NCBI RefSeq assembly: GCF_964355755.1
Contig: NC_092676.1
Span: forward strand, 15,394,871 to 15,458,870
Direction: 5' to 3'
Length of the DNA: 64,000 bases
Origin: Antedon mediterranea
Lineage: Eukaryota; Animalia; Echinodermata
Made by a program: the position numbers and the translations under genes. Below, piece by piece: positions 52,689 to 64,000 of this stretch. The notes under the pieces are model-generated. The model saw only the letters and a list, made by a program, of their open reading frames with translations. It ran no database searches and was not told the DNA's origin. Numbering within the stretch: position 1 is the stretch's first letter; each line of letters starts with the position of its first letter.

Positions 52689-55600
52689 TCAATTGTGATT
52701 TTCGTTTGTTTTTTCATCAATTTTCCATTTTGCAATTACTTTTTGAAGTCGCTTTATGAAAAGATCAACATCATTCTGCGTCATTCCAATAGCAGCAGCT
52801 GCTGTGATGTATATGTATGGGTACTCATCACAATGTGAACCATAGTTCTTGAACCTAACACCTCCTATTTCCTTATTGCTACCTTCTGCCACAACTCTGT
52901 AACAAATTATATTAGAAATTTACAATTCAATATCAACCTCAGACCTCTATATAATTCTAAAACCACATTCGCATAGGATTTTTGGTCACAACAGTTCAGT
53001 TCAGTCAAATCTGATCGTTTACATTTGATCACTACTGTAGGTGTATTTTTTCCAAATGCTATTTAGTGTGCTTATTTTAGATTTGACTTTCCAGCTTAGT
53101 TTTAAGCTAGGTTAGTTTAATTCTTTCTGTTTAAATTGATTCGCCTCTTAGTTTGACCCAAGTCCAATGTGAATGAGGCTTTCAGGTCAGTTCAAAAGAG
53201 AAAAATATCAAACCAAATGTTATACCAGTTTATGTGTGATCCTTCACATCATATTTTGTATTGTAATTTATATTATCAATGATATTGTTTTAAATTCTAA
53301 ATATTACCTTGTTCCAGACACACTTCTTTTGAACAACATAGAGCCAAAATGTGTGATTGATTTATCCGATTTTGTTTCCAAGTTACTAAGTGACATTGCC
53401 ATGGATATAGGATTATGTGGAGTTTTTAACAGTCGTTCACCATTTAATTCTGCAACCCTAGCCAATTCTGATGATAGGTAATTGTACAATTTTTTCCTTT
53501 CTGTTAGTAGTTGTTTATAACCTTTGACTCCTAGTGACAGCAGCGTTATGAAAAGGTCAATAGTTGGTGAAGCAGATGCTCGTCCAGGATAGGTCTGTGC
53601 AACTTTATTAATAAATCCTTCATCAAATCCTGCAATAATGGCACCTCCTACCGGTACCAAAAAATTCTTGTCTGAACTTTGTACATAAGCGTCAACTCTA
53701 CCAACACGTGCTGCTTGCTCAATTAAATGTGCACATTTTGATAGCTGAACACCATATGCATTGTTAATAATATGAGCAACACCTTTCTTTTTGCAAATAC
53801 TAGCTATTTCTTCAAGCTTATCGGGCACCCTTGGTGCAAAACAAGTTGTCGTTGAATAAACACATGCAATATTATCAGCTCCCAGTTCTTCAATCTTCTT
53901 TTCAATTTCAGGTAGATTAGTAGTAAGTTCGTCGCCCTCTAAGATATTTTCAATAACAACAGGTTGATAACCTGCTGTTATAATTGCTTTGAAGCATGAC
54001 TTCTGATCTATTCGTGGCCATATGACATATTTCCCAAGGGGGCGCTGTTGTCGCAATGCTAACATGCATAGCACTAACGCCATTCCGGTTGCTGTCGGTA
54101 CAATAAAACAAGCTGCTGTACTTCTAATACCTGTAAAAGGAAATGTGTGTTTAAGAATAATAAATTAAATCTAAATGATTTATTGCCACTTAACATCAAC
54201 CTTAAATTTCAATATTACTCAAGAACAGATTCATCAATACTTATCAAGCTTGTAATTTGAGATGTACATTTTTAATTGATTATTGCTGAACTTTCAAGTA
54301 CATCCCCCAACCCCCAATTGCCATTTTCATGTGAAATAATTAAGGCATGACGCATAAGTTGACAATAGATTTATTGTATTATGGTACCATCAAAATATGA
54401 CTCAAGAAGACTGTTCAAGCATGGTGAATTTCTGTGAATCTTAATTCAAATATTATGAGTCAAACAATGTATTCTAGTCAATTGCAACCTAAAGAACACA
54501 AATTGAGTGAGAACAGAAATGATGACAATAGTGGATAGTGGCATGTTCTATTCAACATTGAATTAATTGTCCTATAAAACTAATAAACTAAATGGCATGG
54601 AATTAGAGATTCATGTTTTGATCTTTACTCATTCATCATCCAACATGGTCACCATTTCTGTTTTTATAAAAACAATGTACAACCACATTATTCAATTCAT
54701 TTAATTTCAAATAAATGAATAGTGCAGTGGTATACAGTCCATGTACCTGTGATTCTTAGTACATCTAACATCATAGCATTTGTTAACTTCATTAATATGC
54801 TTGAACCGGCTGCTTTAGGCTGTACTGCTGTAATGTCACCAGATCTTCCAATTCCATGACCTAGCCTACAAAGTAATAAATTGAAATGTCACAGCATGCT
54901 GCACATTGTGTTGGACATTCAGATGTTTATGCCGAGATCGGGAGTTTGAGTCCAACACCTTGCTTATGTCCTTACAGGACACATTTACCTCTCTCCATTC
55001 AGGTGTTCACATAGGTACCTGGTATTATAAGGTCAAACTCGGCTGAAAACTGTGCTGATTACTCTGCAACACTATGTTTCCATATGTAATTGATCCAAAT
55101 GACTGCCCTGGGTAATGTGAACTATTAATTATTACATTAATTTTAATGGCATTTCAGAAAAAAAACCAGTATAAATTAATTAATTATCTTATGAAGCATT
55201 CTTTAACCTGTAATTATTCTCAATTAATCTTTATAAATTGAAATTCCTAACCTGTTTACAATTTTGTGAATTATTAATATGCTTATCAATTTCATGGACT
55301 ATTAATTATTGTTATCATGACACCAAATTAAAATTTACAATATGTTAATTTTTTAAGTTGCCCCAAATCAATTTTCTTCAGATTATTTATTATAGCAAAA
55401 AAATTAAATTTATAATTAATATATTAACTAAATAGATTAAATGAAAACACGTCAGCTAAGTAAAAGAGGCTCAGCAAGACTTCCCTCTCCATCCCGCCTG
55501 ACATTCGCATTAAATGCAAAATATGATTGTTTTGCTGATTCCTATAGCGTGCTATGGGAGTGTCGAGTACCATTTTCAGGCATCTAGGGGTTCCAGTTAA

Positions 55601-56225
55601 CTGAATTCGCTTCGTCATAGAAGGCTGAAAAACTTCGTGCCTATTGCCAAAATAAAGGTATCACAACGCTAAAATATCTTCTTTTTTTCAATGACTCAAT
55701 CCAAACTTGTAGACCTTAAAAACTGTTTTGAGCTGCGGCCCATAATTTGTGGAACATTGCTTTTAGGAGTACTGTAGAACTACAGGTATTCTTTTCAATT
55801 AAAGGCAAACTACCTGAAATGTCTTTTAGCAACAAGTGAGGATGCTACCCTTGCTTCTCGTTCACCAACACCACAGTTGCTTTGGAAGTTGTTGCTGTCC
55901 ATTACGGCTAATTCACTAAGCATCAACTCAATTGTAGTGTCCTCCCAACCTTCCTCTGGCCATTTTTGCTTCTCAAGTAACACACGAATCTTGTTTTCAT
56001 GACTCTGAAATCAAATTTTATTTTTAAATCACTAATTAAAATAAGTTTTAATTCTTGCATTGTATTTTAATAATATACAAAAGAACATTATACAATATTA
56101 TTGCTGAACAGTTCTAAAACACAATAACAATTCTTAAGTTGTTTTACCTGTTTGGCTTCTCTACCTTGCTGGATATAAGTTGATGAAACAATCTGTTCAC
56201 ACAGCTGGTAACTCTCAGAATTCAT
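52689..56225 (-). CDS. SEPSECS: O-phosphoseryl-tRNA(Sec) selenium transferase. Exons: 56148-56225, 55814-56004, 54747-54865, 53308-54130, 52689-52896
   Basis: [79 protein letters not shown] (PLP lysine)..[20 protein letters not shown]. All junctions are GT-AG and phase-compatible. Confidence 0.96.
54895..55060 (+). mobile_element. Degenerate tRNA-derived SINE
   Basis: B-box-like GAGTTTGAGTCC followed by TGTCCTT..GACACATTTACC..CTCCATTCAGGTG..GGTACC, resembling invertebrate SINE cores. Confidence 0.4.
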
Positions 56226-56937
56226 CGTTCCTACCAAAATTATATTATTATTATATTATAGTCCAATGTACGGGCACCATCTTATAGTTATTTTAAGGTT
56301 CAGGAATCAAAGAGATAGTACAGTAATATAACTTCATTCCAAAATACAATTAGTACTCAACATTTTTAACTGAATTTTTTTGTTTTCTAAAATTGATTGC
56401 TATTTTTTTTTAATGTATATTTCAATTACTCTTTGTCTTTATTTTATTATGTTTGTTATATTTTCAATTACTGTACCACTTTGGAAATCAGTGCACTAGT
56501 ACTGAAGTACTGAAAATGCCTGCAGAATAAAGAAAGAATAAATAAACATCTATAAATTGATTTATAGTTCTAAGAGGTACATTATACATAGTAATCATTT
56601 AAATAGGAAACATAACCTCCTAACCTTGTGTTTGGTGTTTGGAAAATAGTAAAAGGGTACGCCATCTTATGTTTGCATGAGGTAGAAACATGAGCAAGAA
56701 TACAGTATTGTACTTTCTGCCTGTTGCAGATTCATTTGAAATTCAGCACTACCGCGCGCTATTACTATAACATACTGTATGCTTTCTGTCTCGATATTCC
56801 TAATGACCTGAGTGATCTAATTGTGACGTAAGAAAATGGCCGAGAATTACCGAAAGCGGTGTTCAGCAGTTGAAATTGGCCTAAAAACACATTTTTCGTA
56901 AGCAAATTACAGAAAAAATGACAATGTTGTGGATAAC

Positions 56938-57330
56938 TATCAGTGGCTGGATCTCAATGGAGATACAAGAAAAAGCAAAAAGCTTTAAATCAAAACGATA
57001 AACTAAAACATCCCTTTTGGGCAACATGTGTTGTCTCATTCTCATACAGAGAGTGTTTTTTGTTCCTCGACGTACTGTTTATCACAAATATTACAATATG
57101 AGATAAATTATGTTTTTGGTTAGACAATTAATGGATTGTCTTAACCGAAAAATGTGGCTAGTTTGAACAAGTTTTGCAAAATTTTCCGCAAATTTTGGCT
57201 GTCATAAGAAATAATTTCACTCTTAAATTTGGATCTGACTAATATATCACGAAGGTTGCGAGGTCTACGAAATGCAATAATAGGTGGTTCTGCAAAAAAC
57301 AGTCCTGAGACGTTGTGATGTACCTGTTTC
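56938..57330 (-). mobile_element. Penelope-like element remnants
   Basis: FAEPPIIAFRRPRNLRDILVRSK (typical PLE RT to GIY-YIG linker) at about 57225-57300, plus a terminal segment at 56938-57025 homologous to 3005-3110. Confidence 0.65.
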
Positions 57331-58398
57331 TTCCGCAATTTAAAATAATAATTATCGAAAAAATGATTTACCTGAAAAAAACGTATTTAAAGCAAAAAAT
57401 AGTCAAATTGACGGAAATCAATAGGTGTTTAGTTTAATTTAATTTACCTTTTATAAGTGACTTTTTTTAAAGTAATTAACTTTATTGAAACTGAAAAATG
57501 ACATATTCAGTCATTTTTTTTATTAACCTTTATTTTTCATGTTTTTGGGGGACAAATAAATCTTGAAGTTATTAATAAATAATTATTATATTACTTGAAT
57601 TATTTATCAATGTAGGCCTAGGATAGCCTGCTGAGCAGAAATAATCGACTATTAACCGTTTATTTTTTAATCGATCATTTTGGGGCAGCAGAAACGGCGC
57701 AAAATAAAATAACCGATTAAAAATAACTGAATAAAAACACTCAATACATTGCGTGTTTTAATAAATTATTTCTTGTTTTAACCAATTATTGCGGAGCAGT
57801 TTTGAGCTGCAACACAAATAGCGATTATTGACCACACTTTGACCTCTAAAGTATGGCAACCCTCGTTCACAAAGCATGGTGTTTATTTGCGAGATCGACG
57901 ACGATCAGCGATGTGGACCGAATAACAATCAAATGTTAAAAAACACTTGAATTTTTATTATTTTGTGGGGGAGAATTATACCGAGAGACTCCAAGATTCT
58001 GCGTTACAAGTACACCGTCACATCCCACCAGTCCAGGCTAACGATGTTTTGCATGTCCTTTTTTAGGCATGTTGTTTCGGTAGAAATATATAGCTTAGCT
58101 AGGCCCTAGAGTAGAACCAACGCCGAACGGCGAAACAAACTTTTCTCGCCGAAGTGCCCTTATTAATATAACATCATTATTCTGTATGTAGTACGGTATA
58201 GGCCTAGTCTACTAGATGTTTATTTTACAAATAATATAGCTTTACGAGTTCAATTTTTAATCCTACATGTGAGAGTTTTAGGCAGCGATAGGATGTAAAC
58301 AAACCAACTCTCAACGGCCTTCCATAACTTGAACTGCGCTGTGGGTATAGATGACGTGATTTTTAAAAAGCGATTACCAGATAACCGATTAGGCCTAC

Positions 58399-61300
58399 TG
58401 TAACGGTGTAATTTTAGTGTATCCGTTACTATACCATATAGTCTCAGTGGCAGGATTTCACACAGTCACAAAATGTACCAACAGCAGATATGGTTTATGG
58501 TCAGATACAGCTTTATTTAAATATGCAATGTAATACAGTCTGTTCTGGCTATATTACATACCTTTTCTTCTCTCTATTATAAATGTTTTATTCTACCAAG
58601 CTCTTTTCCTTCTCTTCTCTCCTCTTACCAGTACATCCATATTTTAAGGAACGGTCCTAATTAATATGCATGTACTGGGAGGGGACTATTTAGTAAAGGG
58701 AACATTCCATGATGATGAGGAAACAGTAATTGATTAAGGATGTGGGTTATAGGAGAGCGAATAAAGAGTACCTAGGGATAGGAAGAAACCACTAGGAATG
58801 TTAATAGATGGAGTAGGGAGAAATAGTGAAAAAGGGTTGTTGACCTGATGGTCAGAGTGTTACATTATTCCCTCTCTACCAAAGAAGTGTCCCACTTCGT
58901 ATATTTAAAATAAAAGATAATTGTAATATAAAAGAAATTAAGTAATTAAGTAAATGCTGAAATTAAAACTGTATGCTAATTAAATTTAAGAAACAAAATC
59001 AAGTAATACCAAGTAAAGGGAATGAACTATCATTCCAAAATCAAAATATAATGATGATAATACATTACTACTGCTACTAGTAATTAAAAATAAACAAGTA
59101 ATGAAAATTATATTACGTAAGTATACGGAATATAACAAAATATAAAATATTATAAGTTTTAAAACATGCAATTAATTAAAATAAGTTTATGCAAAAGTGA
59201 ACCATCATTGAGAATAGAAAGTATAGATTGAAAAACACAAGTGAAGGAGAGTAAAAAGAATGGTGATATAGTATACAATCGTAACATGTTTTCAAATATT
59301 TGTATAACGTTGTCGGCAATTACGGCGGAGTTAGTACACAATGTAATAATTAAGCAAACAAATTTTAACAAGAGGAAAAAATTACCAAATATAGAACAAA
59401 ACATACATGTAATTAATAAAATCCAAAACGTTTATTTCCATTCGTCGCCGGTTGTTTAAAACCCATAATCGCGAAAGTTAAGATCAGGTACGATCTAATG
59501 TCGGAATAAACAGTTCTATGGATAATAAATCTAACGTGACAAGAACAATGACAAATTTTGACTATCGATGTGGCTATTCGAATTTGCCTGGTCGCAGGTC
59601 ATTTAATCCCTAGATAAATATATATCATGTTCAGGAACGACACTAAATGGAACTTAATCGAGTGCCAATAGTCGGCATGATGATCAGAACACAATGAAGT
59701 GTATAATCTAATCAAGACACCATAACATAAATCACAAAGTAAAATACAAAATAATATTAAACTCAAGAAAAAGTGATTGCCTAACACATACAGTAGTCGG
59801 AGTAAATAAAAAAAAGAATAGAATTAATGATCGGCATTGAACAAGTAAACCTCTCACATTTACTCTGTTCTCGGCAGTGAGTAAATCTGGTAAACAAGGT
59901 TATACTATATAAACAACTAAATGTACTATATTATGATATTTACAATGAGATTTTAAAAAAAAATCCATTTAACGAAAAAAAATATTTGAAAACAAACTTC
60001 TTCACAAACTTAAATTTTAAGCCTATTAAGGAAATTGCAAATTAAAGTAAAAACTTTAAAAACAACAGAATGACAAGTCGATCATGTTGAATTAAATGTC
60101 ATATCTAGCAGGAGGGTTAATTTTTCGGCCATACCTTGTTCTGACGGATTGTTCGACAAAGGGTTTCAGTCTGTCGTGATGTATGCGTCGGGATAGGGGT
60201 TTAAGGGTGTTGGAATTTTGGAGTAGATACGTTCTGCCTCCCTTATCTACTTTAGTTATGAGGTAGGGTCCAATCTAATTCGGTGTTAACTTCTTTCTAG
60301 AATTTGCTGGGTCATCTAGCCAAACTTTGTCGCCAACATTGTAAGGGGTAAAACGTGCGGCTAAATCATATGTAAATTTCTGCCTTTCCTTTTGTCGTAA
60401 AGTATTGTCTAGGGCCATTTGGTGTGCATCTTGTATTCGCCTAGCGAGATCGTCAACATATACCGACAGCGAGTGATGAGCTATAGGGGTTTCACCAACT
60501 GAGGGGATATGTTGGGGTAAGCGGACATTTCGTCCATGGACTAGAAAGAAAGGGTTAGTGTGTGGAAATTGGGGTATTAACAGCCGTATTTCCCGAACGT
60601 AAAAACATGTTACAATATTATTATATCTATACCTATATTATATCACCCGAAGAAAGAGGAGGTTATAGAAAAGAACTAGAAATGATGGATCACTTACCAC
60701 TTCATTAATAGTGTTCAAATCAAGTTGAATATACTATGGGCTATCCAAAATAATGTTTAAAAATAAATCAGCCAAGCCATCCACAAACAAAATGTTTATA
60801 AAAAGTTCCATCTGCGACTCAAAAGTATTAAACAAATTTTATACGTATCAAAGTTCGTATAAAGCGTTCAAAATAAAAAATGTCAAAAGAAAGTTAAACA
60901 AAAGGTCGCAAAAACAGTTAATGATCAATAGTAAAAAATCATCTTCTTTTCGGTCTTCGTTCTTCGTCTCTTTGCCTCGGTGTTTTTTTTCTTCTGTCTT
61001 CCGTTTTCTATTTCTGGGGTTGGTCCTGCAATTGTTTCATCCAATAATCTTCTTTTCTTCTTCTTTTGCTCTTCTTTGTCTGTGTTCATTCATCCATCAG
61101 CATCTGCTGCTCCACAAACTCTGCAAATTCCAAATCTGATCCATCTTCTTGTTTTTTTTTTTTCTTCTTTTTTCTTTTTGTTTTATTGGCTTCTGTGGGT
61201 CCAAATTGGTGTGGGAACCAGTTGTAACGGTGTAATTTTAGTGTATCCGTTACTATACCATATAGTCTCAGTGGCAGGATTTCACACAGTCACAAAATGT

Positions 61301-61688
61301 ACCAACAGCAGATATGGTTTATGGTCAGATACAGCTTTATTTAAATATGCAATGTAATACAGTCTGTTCTGGCTATATTACATACCTTTTCTTCTCTCTA
61401 TTATAAATGTTTTATTCTACCAAGCTCTTTTCCTTCTCTTCTCTCCTCTTACCAGTACATCCATATTTTAAGGAACGGTCCTAATTAATATGCATGTACT
61501 GGGAGGGGACTATTTAGTAAAGGGAACATTCCATGATGATGAGGAAACAGTAATTGATTAAGGATGTGGGTTATAGGAGAGCGAATAAAGAGTACCTAGG
61601 GATAGGAAGAAACCACTAGGAATGTTAATAGATGGAGTAGGGAGAAATAGTGAAAAAGGGTTGTTGACCTGATGGTCAGAGTGTTACA
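58399..61688 (-). mobile_element. Non-autonomous Gypsy/Ty3 LTR retrotransposon, LTRs 58399-58864 and 61223-61688
   Basis: Two 466-bp TG..CA LTRs, identical by eye; CTAC TSD on both sides; PBS TGGTTCCCACACC (61208-61220, minus); PPT GGTAGAGAGGGAATAA (58865-58880, minus); integrase C-terminal remnant NPFFLVHGRNVRLP..YNVGDKVWL..KKLTPN*IGPYLIT..IHHDRLKPF at about 60093-60560. Confidence 0.95.
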
Positions 61689-63850
61689 CTACCATCGGAG
61701 AACTTTTTCAGTTGCAACGCGATTATTTCTGTGGTTTTTGGTACTTAGAAAAAAATGATTATTTTATTTTTTTCAGCAGAAACAGACCCTAAAAAATAAC
61801 TAAACACAATTTTAAATTTTCTGTGCAATTTGAATTGAGTATTTTGAAATCAAATTGCCTAAACGATTCCTTGCAAAATTTTAAATAAAAATTAAAACAC
61901 ACCCACTTTTGTGCGATTCAAGAAAAAAGTGGAGCCTTTCACTTTTCTGCAAGATTATCAGGTTAGATTCTTCAAAAAAAAAAGAGACGATTAATAAAAG
62001 CAGTAACATACAAAAATCGTAACCTAGGCCCGGGCCTACTTACTATAGTAGGCGGCTAACTCTAACAATAACATACAAACAACATTGTTTTCTCGTTGCT
62101 GCGATCCAAACAAACTGTATAGTATATTTTACGACATTATATTAGGAATAAAACGCAGCGGCGGTGATGACAGACGAAAGAAAAAGGAAGTTTAAGCCTC
62201 GGCCACTTTTGGGTCGAAACGTCCCGGACTTAGTCAATTATGCCATAAAGGGCGAAATGCCGGTGTGAGAGTGTGCTAGTATAAATAGTGGTAGCCTTGA
62301 TAGCTAGGGCCTATTTGTTCGGTTTATCTGTATAAGAAACAACGAGCGGTAAAGGCAAACATAAATACAAATAAAAATAGTAAAAAGTAATTAAATAAGT
62401 CTTACGTTATTCTAGGGGCCTACTGCTTGTTTTGTTGTTGTGGAATTGGAAAACAAACACGTGCTCTTTCTGACATCATCCCATGCACTCAATTTAGTTT
62501 AAATGGGATTTTCCAAGGAAAGGGGGGTTTCCACTTTTGGGATGGAATGTTGTAAAATTCTTATTTTATTATATCTTCAATCAAATAAAATATCTGGTGA
62601 ATAATAATTGAATCAATTATATTATTACGTTAATAATACAGTATTTATAACAAAAAAATGCAATATAAGTGTATTGTATTTTAAATAAATCCGAAAAAAA
62701 TGGTTAGCCCACCTTTTTAAAATGTCGATCAGTCCATCCCACACACCACCTTCTTGTGGTGGTGGTGTGTTGATGCCGCGGCTCCGTTGTATTCATACTA
62801 ACTACTTTGCCTTTGTCGAGCTTCCTAAGATTTTCCTGTAAGAAGAGCTTTTCATTCTATTTATTTGATTGTTATATAAATGTGCCGAATGTAGGAGGTT
62901 TTTATTGATTTATTAGCAATAGCAGACAATTTTGAATTTGGTTTATTTATTATCTCTCTCTTTTGACATAAAACTCACTACACACGAGGCTTTTTTGGCC
63001 TAGCCTACTAGCTAGGCCTAGCTTAGCTAGGCCTAGTAATGTACTACTCTAGTAGGCCTAGCTAGCCCCAGACTAAATTAGCTACCTATGGTAGCCCCAA
63101 TTCCAGCATGCAACCAAGCAACCAACGGCGCTAATGCAGTTTCGTCCCTATAGTATAGTTATAGAGTATAAAGTTACAGAACCTCTGTAGGCTAGCCTAG
63201 GTCTACTAGGCTATAGGTTATAATAATAAGGCCTAATACTACTAGCCTAGGCCTAGTAGTAGTAGTACTAAGCATGGAGTAAAGAATAATATAATAATAT
63301 TCTTTACTCCATGTACTAAGCCTATTAAGACAGATTTGATTGCGGTCACTTTTTTATGGGGCGCAATATACATTTTCGGCATTATTTTTTCAAATAATAT
63401 AGATTTAAAATTTATATTAATTATTATAATAATAGGAGCTAGATAGATTATTTTACCGTGCGTCTGGATACATTTTATTTGGTTACGTCATTGGAATATT
63501 TATTAAGCCTATTATTATAAATAAATTGTTTTATTTTTAAATTTTACAGGTGTGTCGGAGAAGAATATGCATGCAAATTTGTAAACATTGTTTACTGATT
63601 TAATATAAATATTAATTTTGTTAACATAGTTTAATGTTATTGTTATTCACAATGGTCTTCCCTTCCTTTGGACCTTATGTTTATGTTATAATTAATATAG
63701 TAGGGTAATGATTTATGGTTTATACTGGTTTTACACCTTACAACAAGGACTATAAATAGTTAATTTACACAACAGTAATAATGGGAATCCTGTTTGTATA
63801 TCATCAGTAGATAAAAAGGTGTTTCTTATTTTTAGTTTGAAAAAAAAACA

Positions 63851-64000
63851 ATGACGGTTGAAAAGAATGAAGCTGAAATAAATTTCGTCACTGAGAATGG
63901 TGAAGACATTACTCCAAAAAAAGATGGAGGTGTCCTTAAAAAGATCATTAAAGAAGGTGACACAACAGAAAGTGATCAGCCACGGCTAGGTGACGAAGTA
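63851..64000 (+). CDS. FKBP4: FKBP4/FKBP5-type peptidyl-prolyl isomerase, first coding exon (runs off the window)
   Basis: Acceptor AG at 63834-63835, then ATG at 63851: MTVEKNEAEINFVTENGEDITPKKDGGVLKKIIKEGDTTESDQPRLGDEV, the typical FKBP51/52 N-terminus (GxDIxPKxDxGVLKxIKxEG..PxxGDxV). Confidence 0.85.
   Translation, partial: MTVEKNEAEINFVTENGEDITPKKDGGVLKKIIKEGDTTESDQPRLGDEV

Noticed and set aside
60753-61357. 128-aa and 125-aa plus-strand ORFs
   Set aside because: Low-complexity antisense reading of the LTR element's 5' interior and LTR; no protein motifs.
62810-62845. Possible heat-shock element upstream of FKBP4
   Set aside because: No three correctly spaced alternating nGAAn units.

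Overview
AT-rich eukaryotic genomic DNA, intron-rich and heavily invaded by transposons; a marine invertebrate such as an echinoderm is my inference from composition and repeat types. Five spliced host genes were reconstructed by hand: the 3' part of a PLC-like gene of the PLCL1/2 (PRIP) type (+, 489-15879), GID8/TWA1 (-, 21907-30978), LIPT1 (+, 34010-51514), SEPSECS (-, 52689-56225) and the start of FKBP4/5 (+, 63851 to window end). Most short ORFs in the supplied track are intron noise or TE debris. Main points of interest: (1) the PLCL orthologue keeps all the PLC catalytic residues I could check, including those lost in vertebrate PRIP; (2) LIPT1 has a U12-type AT-AC intron, plus a second intron with nested U12-like signals; (3) a 12.4-kb LIPT1 intron holds remnants of two DIRS elements, MULE, hAT, CR1 and Helentron, plus a structurally complete HINE-like element; (4) a young non-autonomous Gypsy element has apparently identical 466-bp LTRs and a tRNA-Glu PBS; (5) two promoter-proximal 16+16-bp palindromes resemble P-element excision footprints; (6) a Penelope-type minimal hammerhead motif; (7) TGA followed by back-up stops in three genes. 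Family assignments come from recalled motifs, not database searches.
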